Source: Octopus vulgaris
Taxonomy: Eukaryota
Direction of reading: 5' to 3'
DNA: 64,000 nt
Assembly: GCA_951406725.2 (NCBI GenBank)
Contig: OX597836.1
Coordinates: forward strand, 42,222,001 to 42,286,000
The position numbers and the translations under genes are program-made. A model generated the notes under the pieces. That model made no database searches. It was not told where the DNA came from and saw only the letters and a program-made list of their open reading frames with translations. Positions within the stretch are counted from its first letter, which is position 1, and the number at the start of each line of letters is the position of its first letter. Of this stretch, positions 39,023-52,183 are shown piece by piece.

Positions 39023-40338
39023 TACATTATATAAAAGGGCTTAGTAAAATAAATTACTTTGCCGCATACTGAACTCATTAGAAATAGCAGCTAAAAAACT
39101 TTTTTAAAGCTATTTCTAATACTTAAAGAAAATCTCTCTCATATAGTGTTTTATATAATGTAATAATTTGAATTCGCCTTGAATGGTCCCTTTGCATATT
39201 GAACACTTGGTGAAATTGATTAATAATTAATTAATTTTACCCTCAATTGTTGAAATTATAATTAATCTCCCTCTAATTAATGCTTCGGATTTTACCGAAA
39301 TAAGCATAGTGTTTGATGATTTTAACCCACGCTGGTGGAAAGGGGAGAACAGAAATTCTTCGCTTGCTTATTTGAGTTTGTTGGCACTGTTAGTTACGAG
39401 CAGATCTTCGAAAGAGTATGTTCTTACTTTCAGTGTTTTCAAATCCATACTAAGGAGTTTCTGAGCTGATGATAGAAGTGTCGTTTTGACTAATCTTGAA
39501 ACGTACGTTCTCAAATAACCATTGCATTTGATTTTTTGATGTCCTTACCCCCAAACTTTTGTGAGTTGAGTCATTCAAACACTATATGAGAGAGATTTTC
39601 TTTAAGTATTAGAAATAGCTTTAAAAAAGTTTTTTAGCTGCTATTTCTAATGAGTTCAGTATGCGGCAAAGTAATTTATTTTACTAAGCCCTTTTATATA
39701 ATGTAATAATTTGAATTCGCCTTGAATGGTCCCTTTGCATACTGAACACTTGGTGAAATTGATTAATAATTAATTAATTTTACCCTCAATTGTTGAAATT
39801 ATAATTAATCTCCCTCTAATTAATGCTTCGGATTTTACCGAAATAAGCATAGTGTTTGATGATTTTAACCCACGCTGGTGGAAAGGGGAGAACAGAAATT
39901 CTTCGCTTGCTTATTTGAGTTTGTTGGCACTGTTAGTTACGAGCAGATCTTCGAAAGGGTATGTTCTTACTTTCAGTGTTTTCAAATCCAAACTAAGGAG
40001 TTTCTGAGCTGATGATAGAAGTGTCGTTTTGACTAATCTTGAAACGTACGTTCTCAAATAACCTTTGCATTTGATTTTTTGATGTCCTTACCCCCAAACT
40101 TTTGTGAGTTGAGTCATTCAAACACTATATGAGAGAGATTTTCTTTAAGTATTAGAAATAGCTTTAAAAAAGTTTTTTAGCTGCTATTTCTAATGAGTTC
40201 AGTATGCGGCAAAGTAATTTATTTTACTAAGCCCTTTTATATAATGTAATAATTTGAATTCGCCTTGAATGGTCCCTTTGCATACTGAACACTTGGTGAA
40301 ATTGATTAATAATTAATTAATTTTACCCTCAATTGTTG

Positions 40339-40424
<86 letters not shown>

Positions 40425-40461
40425 GTATGTATACATACCTATATATATATATAAATATATA

Positions 40462-40500
<39 letters not shown>

Positions 40501-43500
40501 TTACACACACACAAACACACACACACACAGATATGTTTTTTGCGCATGTGTTAATAGTAAGAAACTCTCTCTACAGTGTGTGCAAATATGTGGTCCAATA
40601 CGCCCAATCCTTATATGGTCATACTAATGGCTGCATGCTCCAGACATGTGTTATACGACAGCAAACATGGAGCAATGTGTATATATATGTTCATCAAAAT
40701 CATCATCATCATCAACGTCATGTAATGTCTGTTGTCCACGCTGGCATAGATTGGATGGTTTGACCAGAACTGGCAAGGTGGGGAGCCTGTTCAGACCCCA
40801 GTCTGATTTGGCAAGGTTTCTATAGCTGGATGCCCTTCCTAACACCAGCCCCTTCACAGATGTGCTGGTTGCTTTTACATTGCACCACATGGGCGCCTTT
40901 ACACTGAACCTTGTGGGTGTTATTACATGACACTACACAGGCGAATTCATTTGGTACCACCAAAAGAGCTTTGCACCACGAGAAGGATCAATCTTAACAC
41001 TTCTGCAGCGGAGTACGGGTATTCTTGAGTACGGCATGGTAACGGGTATCACCATGTTTAATCCAGGAAGATCTTTTACGGGTCTACCAGGGGTATATGC
41101 TGCACATTGTACCGACCAACTATGCGCTCCTCTCTTTTAGGCCAGTCTTTTACAGTGGAATGATTCCTGTCATTGCAGCTGTTCCAAACACACTACAAGC
41201 ACATATTTTTTGTATATCCCAGCTGCAGTCCTAGGAGGAGGGAAATCACCTTTAAATCAAATATTCATGTTTAAGCGTTTGTATGTAGCTACCACACATG
41301 TGGCATTAAGTTTCTTATATCTTCTTGACTCAATGTGGAGAATTTTGTGATTCAGGACCAACTTGAGCAGTATAAATAAAATCATGTTTAACTCTTGGAA
41401 TAATGTTTGTCTAAATTACACACAGCCTCACATTCACAATCAACCAATTACTTACATTCGCAAATACATTCAGTTAATCTGGTTGGTCAAACGAAACTAC
41501 TTCCAATCTCAAATGCACTTGACCAATGAGGCTGATCAAACCAAAGTACTTACATTCTCAGATACACATAACCAGTGTAATGCAATACCAAGGAGGTGTC
41601 CATGTGTAGCCATCTATGCTTCTTTTGGATATCCTTGGCACTGAACAGGAGTTGAAGTGCTTTACCTGGAGGAAGAAGGAGAAATATTAGTTTCAAATTT
41701 TGGCACAAAGCCAGCAATTTTGGGGAGGGGGTAAGTTGATTACATCAACCCCAGTGTTTGACTGGTACCTGCTTTATTGACCCCGAAAGGATGAAAGGTA
41801 AAGTCATGTTGATTGTATGAAATATGGGTTTCATATTAAGGTTAGCAAGTTCAGGGGAGGTGAGTAAATCAATTACATTGACCCCAGTATACTACTGGTA
41901 CTTTTTTTATTGACCTCAAAATGATGAAAGGTAAAATTCAACCTTGACAGAATTTGAATTCAGAATATAAAATCGGACAAAATACTGCTAAAGATTTTGC
42001 TTAGTATGCTAGCGATTCTACCAGCTTGCCGCTATAAAAAGGAGAAACACTGGTTTTAAATTTTGGCACAAGGTCAGCAATTTATGGGACGGGGTAAGTC
42101 AATTACAATGATGCTAGTGCTAAGTTGGTACTTATTTTATCAACCCCGAAAGGATGAAAAGCAAAGTTGACCATGACAGAATTTGAACTCACAATATATA
42201 AATGGACAAAATACCCAAACAACTTTGCCCAACTTGTTGGTAATTCTGACAGTTCACCATCTTAAGAAGGAGAAATATTCTTCTCTACTCTAGGGACAAG
42301 GCCCGAAACTTTTGGTGTTGGTGGTTGTAGTGGGGGGCAGTCGATTAGAATGAAATGCAAAGTTGACCTCGGTGGAATTTGAACTCAGAACGTTAAGACA
42401 GAAGAAATGCCGCTAAGCGTTTCGCCTGGCACGCTAATGTTTCTGCCAGCTTGTCACCTTAAGAAATATTAATAAAGAAAACGACCAAATATTTATATTT
42501 GTAGTTTTAGATTTTACTTAAAACTTAAAACTCTGTACTTACTGTGTTTGCCAAAGTTTCGGGATAATAAATTTGCTACATTAGAGTACAATATCACAGA
42601 TATCTTTGGATTTACAGTAACAATTTTCAATGCTTCACTAAGTGCAGCATTATAAAATTCAAATGCTTTATTATATTGTGAACCATCTGTTGAAAGAGAA
42701 AATGAAATAATATAAACGTAATATTTCCCTATGGCCAGAGATGCTTTCACAGAATACTGTAAATGAACAACACTGCATGGATGACAGTGACATTCGTTTA
42801 CAACTATCATGCAAAGTCAAGGTAGGGAGATAGCAACACACTCATAAACACAAACGCACACACACAAGCACACACACACAAATATATGGCTTTTATCAGT
42901 TTCTGTCAACCACATCCACTCACACAAATTGATTTGGTTGTCTCAGGGCCATAGTGGAAACCATCTACCCAAGGTGCCATGCAGTGGGACTGAACTCAAA
43001 ACCACGTTTTTGGGAAACAAAATTCTTCACCATACAGCCACACCTGTGCTTAAATAGAAAGTAACAAAATATTTAGGGGAAAAAAGGTGGCTGGTGGTAC
43101 CATACTTACTCCTTTCGTAATTAACACCCATTGTATTCAGCATTTTAGATAAAAGAGGAATAGTCAAGCCTGACGTTTTCTCTAAGTTTTCAGTCAATAT
43201 TTTCTCACATTTATCATAATAACCTGCAAAGAAGAAGAAGAAGAAGAAGAAGAAGAAGAAGAAGAAGAAGAAGAAGAAGAAGAAGAAGAAGAAGAAGAAG
43301 AAGAAGAAGAAGAAGAAGAAGAACAAGAAGAAGAAGTAGAAGAAGAACAAGAAGAACGAGAAGAAGAAGAAGAACAAGAACAAGAAGAACAAGAAGAACA
43401 AGAAGAACAAGAAGAAGAAGAAGAAGAAGAAGAAGAACAAGAAGAAGAAGAAGAAGAAGAAGAAGAAGAAGAAGAAGAAGAAGAAGAAGAAGAAGAATCA

Positions 43501-45048
43501 TTGTATGAATATATAAACACACTTACCTTTGGTACACCTGGACAGGTGAAAGATAAACATGTTCATCTAAGTGGGGTGATGAAAAGTTACTGGTTTTAAG
43601 GCTATCGAGAAAGATCTGGCTGGGGGTAAAACAGTTCTTTTACAGGGCTTAGAAAAACTGAAGGACTGCTGCAGGAGATGTGTGAATCTGAGAGGGGAAT
43701 ATCATCGTCATCATCATTTAAAGTCCACCTTCCATGCTGGCATGGGTTGGACAGTTTGATAGGAGCTGACCAGGCATGAGCCTGTGCTAGACTTCTGTGT
43801 CTGTTTTGGCACAGTTTTTACACCTGGATTCCTGTCCTAACACCAACCACCTGGCAATAAAATCATAATTAATTGATCCTCCTCTATTTTCTTTTATCAA
43901 AACTTGGAACTTTTCAGCGTCCTCTTGTGTGTACATAATCACATGTTTTATGAGGGGGTGCTGGAAAGTGCCTGGCTTTAAGGATATCGTGAAAGACCTA
44001 GTTGGGAGCCCAACTTTCTAAATTCTTTTACAGGACTTAGAAAAACTGAAGGACCTCTGCAGCAAATGTGAGAATCTGCGAGGGGAATATGTTGAGTAAA
44101 ATCATAATTAACTGATCCTCCTGCACTTTCCTTAACTCAAAGCCAGGAACTTTCTCAGCATCCCCTCATGTCCACATACACTTAACAACCACATGACAGA
44201 ATCTATAATGTAGTCTTCAGCTTTGCATACATGGTACATGTTGGGCTATGGGTCTGTGGATTGTAACTAGTCTTGCAGTCGGTTTACCTACATGTCAGAC
44301 ATGCGCATAGTCAGGAGAAAGGCCCCTGACTAAACAACAACAACAACAACAACAACACCATCACACCGACTCATAAAGGCCAGTTTCCCAGTTTCCATGG
44401 TGTAAATATTTCCCACCTGGATAGGACACCAGTACCTTGCAGGATTACTCAGTTTTTGCCAGCTGACTGGACTGGAGCAATGAGAAAATGAAGTATTTTA
44501 TTCAAGAACACAACACATCGCCCACTCCAGGAATTGAAACCGCAATCTTATGATCATGAGTCTAACACTAAGACCTGCGCCTCCACTCATGGCAACTATT
44601 ACCAGACACAAACCACATTCTGTCACATATTACACATGACCACAACTGCAAATCAACAAAGAAGCTTCTATGTGGATACTCAACTTGCTAGAAATAGATA
44701 CCAATCAAAATTTCCCCTGCAAATCACTGCCTTATTAATAAAAGGGCACATTAGACAATGTACCCCCTGTTTCACTACACATAAGAAAAAGGTTAGACTT
44801 TTTACAGCTGGTAGACGTTTGATCATAGATCTGCTCAACAAGTACTGACCTGGGGCCAAATAAAACCACCACCACCACCACCATCACCACCATGAGAGAC
44901 ATAATACAGTTATTACCAACAAATGAGAGGCTGTAGGCCAGGGTAGAGGCACATTTGATCTTCGCATCCTGCACCATCTGTGGGCTCGCATCATTAACGG
45001 TCATGTTGTAACCCATTTCTGCAAAACTGAGAAACAAATCAAGCAGTT

Positions 45049-45080
<32 letters not shown>

Positions 45081-45226
45081 TATCATCATCATCATCATCA
45101 TTATCATTATCATCATTGATACCACCACCACCACCACCAGTGAGGAAAAATTAGAAATGAATGAGGAAGGAAGGAAAATAGGGAAGAAGAGAAAAGAAGG
45201 TTCGGAGATAGTATAATAGATATAAG

Positions 45227-45318
<92 letters not shown>

Positions 45319-48300
45319 AGAGAGAGAGAGAGTGGGAGGGAGAGAGATTCTCATCTGACTTGTACGACATACTTCAAGGCTTCCACATGATTTCCCCGCA
45401 TATGGGCATTGTCTGCCATGCTATTGTACAGCAGCACCTGTCGGTACTGGATGTTTCTCAATTTAAATACATCCAAAGCCTTCTTGTAGTGCTCCATGGC
45501 TTCTTCGTATTCTCCATAACCTGTGGAAAACCCAAGGAAATATTCTGTGTTACAATGATGCCCAAAGTAATAGCTACACAAACAACAACAGCAACAGCAA
45601 CATCTACAAATAATAAAAAAGCAGCAGACAACATCACTGGCAATGGTAGCCTCAAACAGTAACTCAACATTGTCAGAAATAACAGCTAAATTTCACTCAA
45701 ATCACACTGAGTCATCTTACAAAAAGGAAGAGCACACTAGATGATGTAGTCCTAGATATACATAGCAAATGATATGATCAGATAGAACACCTTCGATCAG
45801 AGGTCATTCTATCAAAACTGACCTGGAGGTCAGCAACAATAACAGCAGCAGCAACAACAACAACAGACCAATAAGTATTAAAAATAAGTAATGGGTGTAT
45901 ATGCATTGTACAACAGCACAGTATCAACTGATAAGCCTTTCATATACCCAGTAGCGTATTATGATTTCATAACGAGATATGGCGTCTCAACCAGTAATTA
46001 ATAAACTTAATGACTCACATGTATTACATAGTGGTAATGTGATTCAAGTGTTAATTTGTATTCCATTGCCTTTTCAATATAGCATGGTGTGTTCAATTCA
46101 CACAGCAGACAAATGATGTTTATCATCAATTATTCATTAAAAGGCTCCGACATGGTTGTGTGGTAAGAACATTCCTGCTCAACCAAAGGGTTCTGAGTTC
46201 TCCCCCACTGCATTACACTTTGGACAGGTGTCTTTTGCTATAACCTTAGGCTGGCCAAAGCCTTATGAGTGGATCTGGTGGAAAGAAACTGAAAAAAGCC
46301 CATCGTATATGTATACATATATACAAATACAAGTAAATAAATGAAGTTGAATGCAGATGCTATTCAAATTCTTTTACTATCGACATATGTTTCGAAGACA
46401 ACATTGGTTTTATTCCAAAGGAATAAACGGTGTCAATTACAATCTTCTCATCAGGAAAGAAAGAGAACCTATCTCAACATTTTCCATGTTAACAGTAAAC
46501 AAAGGATAATTCATTCATCCATTTATATATACAAATATATATGTATATTTTTTCGTTTTTTAAAGCATTCACTCATTACAAGATCCTTAGAGCACTGAAA
46601 ACCTAAGAGTTACTAGAATAAAATGGACACCAGACAGAAGTCAATAGTTGAAGATGTACATTAGACTTAAAAGACTGAAGGACATATTAAAGCGGAAAAA
46701 AAGACTGTGGAAGGGAATTCCAAAGTTCAGAGGTGTGAGGGAAGAAACTGGTTCTGTAAAGGGCTTTACGGCGCGTAGGAGGTTGCACGGGATACTGATG
46801 GATGCAAGTCTGGTTGATCGGTGATAAGTTCTTGGAGGAGGAACTAGAGAAAAGAGCTCAGCTGAACAATGTCTATGGAAATACTTATAGAAAAGGGACA
46901 AGGAAGACCCACATGATGACGATGAGAGAGTGAATCCAATTTAGAAGATAGATCAGGACCAATAGAATATGAATACAGCATCGAATGCAGCCCAACAGAG
47001 TGAAACAATCTGCAGGAGTACCTGCCCATAAGTGAGAACAGTACTCAATGCATCTCTTATGATAAAAGGCAGATTTTCTCTGCCTCTGAAACCGTTCGTT
47101 TTTTATACAATTCTACAATATAGAATTTCTTCAATTGGAATTTACCTATCATTTTTCCAAGTAGAATCCATTGGGTCATGGCATGTAATGTTTTTTCAAT
47201 TTCACCCCCAATTAAGCAAAAATTCGAGAAAACTCAATATTTTATGATTTCCCTCTTTCATTTCAAGTGCTTCACTCCTACCATTACCACTACACTTTCT
47301 CCTCCTTTCTCTTTGCAAGTGTGCAACAATTAAAGTAAAAGTATTTATATAAAAGGGATGAGCAATTAATACTGGTCATCCTTTTTGCTACAAGAAGATC
47401 CACTATGGTCTTATATGCTACACCACTGGTTTTGAATTCATATTAATCAAATTAATATTCAATTTTTCACCCTTATTATGTGTGTGTGTATTAGCAATTC
47501 GTATAAAATTGCATCAATGACTTGAACTTGAATAAGTGGTTTGTTGTTATTATTATTACTGTTTGACTATTGTAATCACGTTTGTTGATTCCTCGTTAGG
47601 GAAACGTTGTTGTGTTGCATTTGTTAAATAATTGTAAACCGTAACCCTCCCCCTTTCGGAGAAGGGGCTTTGGTTATTGTTTTAAAATTGGACGATGCAA
47701 GCTTATCATTTCGGATGAATGCACGATGGCCCACAGAGGTGCTCTTGAGGCACTAGATAGATCTCTCAGAGACATCAAACACTCTTCAGCTCCCATGGGA
47801 GGCATAACAATTCTTCTTTCAGGGAACTTCCGACAAACACTTCCCGTTATTCCCAAAGGGACTAGAACTGATGCAGTAAGTGCGTGTCTTAAGTCATCCA
47901 CATTGTGGCCACTGGTGAAGACTCTCAAACTTCACACCAATATGCGTGCTCATATGCAACGTAATATCACATCAGCAGCATTTTCTCACACCCTCCTTGC
48001 ACTTGGCGAAGGCAAAATACCAGGGGATGAAAATGGTAATATTGCCATCGATTCCATTTGTACCATTGTAAAAACACCTTCTGATCTCAGAGATGCAGTG
48101 TTCCCAGATCTACAAGCTAATTATCAGAATATGGATTGGATTGGCCAAAGGGCTATTCTGGCCCCGAGGAATAAAACTGTTCACCATATTAATGATGAAA
48201 TGCTAAAACTCATTCCTGGAGATGTCTATGTATAAGTCTATTGATACAACTCCTGACCCAGAGGACGTCATCAACTATCCAATAGAGGTACTCAATTCCT

Positions 48301-48517
48301 TTGAGCCCACTGAACTACCACCACGCATTCTCAAACTTAAAGTTGGTGCCCTATAGAAATTTGGTTCCCCAAAAACAATGCAATGGCACATGTCTGATCG
48401 TTAAGTCCTTATCTCCCACCGTAAACTTATATCGATATTTGCCTGAATAATCATCATAATTCAGTGCAATCATTAACAGTACTTTCAGCCCCGAGCATCG
48501 CCGGGCAATTCTGCTAG

Positions 48518-48568
<51 letters not shown>

Positions 48569-48569
48569 G

Positions 48570-48638
<69 letters not shown>

Positions 48639-49606
48639 GTATGGATGGATGCATGCATGCATGCATGCATGCATATGTATATATATATATGCATATATAT
48701 GTATATGGGTTATTCCATATCAAATCATCCAGTTTCAGAAAAATTTCCCTGGTCACCCCCTCAGATCCCTCTGAAAAAATTCATACCAGCTCCTGCAGAA
48801 TTAATATGATTCACATTTGTGTCTGACCTAAGTATGTTTTAAAATTATGACTTCTTTGGGCATGTGTTCAAGGTTATCAGACAAAGAAGGTTGCTCAAGG
48901 AGCTGCCTTCCAAATGTTTATGTACATACATATATAGGGATGGGAGCATGCATATATGGATATATGTATAGAATGTTAATAAAGTATAGAAAACATGCTT
49001 TATAAAACATACACGTATTTTGGTAAATTACTGCTAGTATTACGTAATTGCTTTTAGAAACATTATATAATCTCGTAAACACCTCTTCAGTATTTAGCAA
49101 AATATACAAAGAATGGTGCTAAATGCTCAACATTCCTGTTAAGCATATTATCTACATCAGTGGAATGACAAAATCTACACACCATCGTCATATCATACCT
49201 GGTAAATCTGTCAATGATACACCATATGCTATATTCATAAAAGCTTGTTCTTCTTCATTACCAAATAACAGGGAGTTTTGTAGACATGCTTGGAAAAACT
49301 GTCTTGAATCTCTAGGGTGACATAGCATCAGTATATCTGAGGCTTTTAATGTCATCTAAAAGACAAAGACAGTAACATGTGTTAATATTTTGTCTGTAGG
49401 GATAATGTGGTGAGCTGGCAGAACCATTAGCGCACTAAACAGAATGCTTGGTGGCATTTTGTCTGTCTTCGTGTTCTGAGTTCAAATCAATTTTCCTCTT
49501 CCCAGAAATTACTGGCCTTGTAGCAAAATTTGAAATCAACGTTATTATGAAAAATATTAATGATTTCAAATCTTTACTGCTGCAGGGAAATAATAATAAT
49601 AATAAT

Positions 49607-49649
<43 letters not shown>

Positions 49650-51570
49650 TTAATAATCATAATAAAAAAAAAAATAATAATGATAATAATAATAATTCTT
49701 TCTACTACTTTTCCCTTTTTTGTCAGTGTTGATAACTTTAAGTTTCACATCAGATCGTTTGCAAGTCCTTGAGAATGCAGCATATACCTGACCTATTTCT
49801 TTTACTACCCACAAGGGGCTAAACACAGAGGGGAGAAACAAGGACACACAAACGGATTAAGTCAATTACATTGACTCCAGTGCGTAACTGGTACTTGATT
49901 TATCGACCCCGAAAGAATGAAAAGCAAAGTCGACCTCGGCGGAATTTGAACTCACAACGTAGCGGCAGAAGAAATACGTATTTCCTTACTACCCACAAGG
50001 GGCTAAATACAGAGAGGACAAACAAGCTCAGACAAACGAATTAAGTCGATTACATCGACCTCAGTGCATAACTGGTACTTAACTTATCGACCCTGAAAGG
50101 ACGAAAGGCAAAGTCGACCTCAGCGGAATTTGAACTCAGAACGTAACGGCAGACGAAATATGGCTAAGCATTTCGTCCGGCGTGCTGACGTTTCTGCCAG
50201 CTCGCCACCTCATACCTGACAGCATATACCTGGCCATGGCTGAATACAGGTTCAGGTAAGAATAGCCCCATTTTATTAAAAGTCTTCAGTTGTGATTTAC
50301 TGATAGCCACTCCATATGACAGGCGAAAGGGGAACTGGTGAATGGCAAGTTTTGGATGTGCATGCAAACTCTTATATGGACCTCCATGGGCCATATGGAC
50401 CCCCATGGGCCATATGGCCCTCAATTGAGAACCAATGGTAAAGATGTGGGAAGATGTAACTCAGGTTAAACGAAAATGCGACATATGAAAGACTGACTTA
50501 CAACACAAGATAGAAGACACGTTGTTAAGGACAAAATATCTTACCTCATAATAAACTCCATATGTCCTACCATCTGAGGGTGCTTCAATCCCTTTCTTCA
50601 AGATAAATGAAATATTTTCCCAGTTATTCTTCATTATTCCAAGTGCTTCATATATGAGGCCTTTATCATAAATATCTTGAGCCTTCATCAAACTTTTCCC
50701 GATAATGTTTGTATATTTGAGCTTTACCAAATCATTGCTGTGTACATTGTCAATCTGTTGCATAGAAAGTACACGTACTAATTCTTGTACTTGGAAATTC
50801 TGTAATTCTAAATCTGAACTGATCAAACCTTGTTCAACAAGCGGCATCAGAACACGTATCATTGAAGCTGGTTGACTAGAAGAACCAGTCATATCAACAG
50901 CTTCCTCAATACCAAATCTTCCAGGAAAATATGAAAGCACTTTGAGAGCTTCTTGCTGTTCGAGAGAGAGTTGAGAAAAGTACTTGTCCATTTCTTGTTT
51001 GATCTTACGTCTGTTAATTGTACATTCGTCCAGCCAGTCATTGAGCTTGGTTTCATCACAAATCATTTTGTAGATATCATTAAAAGAGAAATTATGACGA
51101 AACTGGGAGAATTTTTCTGCAAAGTAAATAAGAAGTCCTGGCAGGCCACAGGCATATCTGATGATGTTGTGTATTTGTTCTTTGTTCTCATCATCCGTCT
51201 CAATGTCTGAACAGCGACCGAAAAGAAGCTGGGCATCTTTAATGGACAATGGACTCACTTTACACTTTCCAAACCTGATTCCATCAAACTGAAATGGTTC
51301 TCCACCACTTAAAATGAGAATGATTTTTAGATTTCTGTGCAGTGGAAAGCCATTGTCACAAAGCTCCTGGAAACCTGGAAGGAAGCTTTCTTGAATGTTC
51401 TGGAAATCATCAAAAATACAAATTTTCCATTTCGTGTTGGTGATAGTGGAACAATTGGTGAATGTATTGTACATGTTGGAAATATCAGACCAACTGCTAT
51501 TATTAGAAATATGGATGTGTTTTATGTGGAGTCTTTCGGGGTTGATTTCATCCTTCAATTCTTGACAGAC
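33863..51570 (-). CDS. Copy B: paralogous NB-ARC-like + TPR gene, exons 2-10 (798 codons + stop); Walker A exon not found in window
   Basis: join(complement 50545-51570, 49199-49355, 45373-45520, 44917-45026, 43110-43223, 42543-42686, 41554-41665, 36332-36596, 33863-34183). All introns are GT-AG and the frame is open to TAA; exon lengths equal copy A. Confidence 0.82.
34590..34855 (-). mobile_element. RTE-clade LINE 3' fragment
   Basis: [41 protein letters not shown] resembles the RTE C-terminal M...R.PK.LL.G.L..G.R..GRP..R.KD motif. Confidence 0.65.
34857..35080 (-). mobile_element. Near-full-length SINE at the left edge of the A/B homology
   Basis: Same SINE family. Confidence 0.85.
36332..36596 (-). 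CDS. Copy B exon 9, TPR
   Basis: 265 bp; [27 protein letters not shown]...LENPQ. Confidence 0.85.
39462..39513 (+). ncRNA. Minimal type-I hammerhead ribozyme, unit 1
   Basis: tgag-CTGATGA-t.aga.agt.gtc.gtttt.gac.taa.tct.t-GAAA-cgtacg-TT-ctca; predicted cleavage after GUU at 39509. Confidence 0.72.
40005..40056 (+). ncRNA. Minimal type-I hammerhead ribozyme, unit 2
   Basis: Identical to unit 1; predicted cleavage after 40052. Confidence 0.72.
41554..41665 (-). CDS. Copy B exon 8, TPR
   Basis: 112 bp; nucleotide-identical to 5431-5542. Confidence 0.83.
42543..42686 (-). CDS. Copy B exon 7, TPR
   Basis: 144 bp; [47 protein letters not shown]. Confidence 0.85.
43110..43223 (-). CDS. Copy B exon 6, TPR
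   Basis: 114 bp; [37 protein letters not shown]. Confidence 0.85.
43229..43497. repeat. (GAA)n/(GAACAA) expansion, about 90 triplets, abutting the exon 6 acceptor of copy B
   Basis: Only about 4 triplets at the paralogous site (9081-9094). Confidence 0.95.
44917..45026 (-). CDS. Copy B exon 5, TPR
   Basis: 110 bp; [36 protein letters not shown]. Confidence 0.8.
45373..45520 (-). CDS. Copy B exon 4, TPR
   Basis: 148 bp; [48 protein letters not shown]. Confidence 0.85.
46625..47050 (-). mobile_element. CR1/L2-like LINE 3' fragment, copy B only
   Basis: [19 protein letters not shown] / [30 protein letters not shown], frameshifted. Confidence 0.65.
47053..48517 (+). mobile_element. Internally deleted Helitron carrying a PIF1-family helicase fragment, copy B only
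   Basis: [25 protein letters not shown]...[21 protein letters not shown]...LHTNMRA...AILAPRN; 3' hairpin cccgagcatcgccggg then CTAG|t at 48514-48517; probable a|TC 5' end. Confidence 0.88.
49199..49355 (-). CDS. Copy B exon 3
   Basis: 157 bp; [16 protein letters not shown]...; same splice sites as copy A. Confidence 0.83.
49710..50370 (-). mobile_element. Helitron helicase C-terminal remnant split by a SINE dimer (about 49791-50219) with 13-bp TSD cagcatatacctg
   Basis: [38 protein letters not shown] continues as [17 protein letters not shown]; TSD at 49778-49790 and 50220-50232. Confidence 0.8.
50545..51570 (-). CDS. Copy B exon 2: NB-ARC core
   Basis: 1026 bp inside ORF 50461-51588; 27 aa differences from copy A in 342 codons (hand count). 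Confidence 0.9.
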
Positions 51571-52121
51571 CTGACATATTAGAAACATAACATTAGAACA
51601 AGTTCAAAGGTTTCCATAGATTCACTTATCAATTTATCGGTCTCTCAGTTTGTCTCTTTCTCTGTCTGACTTTATAATTCTCTCTCAATAACTGTCTCTT
51701 TGTCTATTCTTTTGTCTATGCATTAGTTCAGGGTATCCTTTATATTCCTTTATATTCATCTTACAGTTTGTCTAAGTATATTTCTGGATAACAGTTTGTC
51801 ACTTTGCCATTCAATCTCTTTAATTATCTTTAATTATCCAATGCTTTTTTACATGGCACCTTGCTTTTAAGATATCAATTCTTTGTGGTGGTGGTGGTGG
51901 TGGTGGTGGTGATGGTGTCTTTAGGAGCAGGTGAGGCTGTGTGGTAAGTAGCTTGCTTCCCAGTAACAGTAGATGAAAGCAGGTCAATAAAAAGAGACTA
52001 ATAGAATAAGTTTAAGAAAAAAAAGTACTAAGCCATACTTCCAGAATTTTTAAAGAAATTTGGGGATTTCAGCATGAAGTTCCCATGGGATACCTTCTGT
52101 TTTTTTACCTGAAGTTATTTG

Positions 52122-52183
<62 letters not shown>

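Larger units (their letters stand above)
39022..40345 (+). mobile_element. Young non-coding 543-bp head-to-tail repeat (2.2 units) with inverted 5' piece; Penelope-pLTR/retrozyme-like; copy B only
   Basis: aattcgcc at 39171, 39714 and 40257 (period 543); four differences between full units (hand count); 39022-39150 is the reverse complement of 39578-39706; inserted in (TA)n. Confidence 0.85.

Noticed and set aside
47726-48235. Host PIF1 helicase gene
   Set aside because: Truncated, frameshifted after 48235, Walker A absent, and ends at a Helitron hairpin-CTAG terminus.
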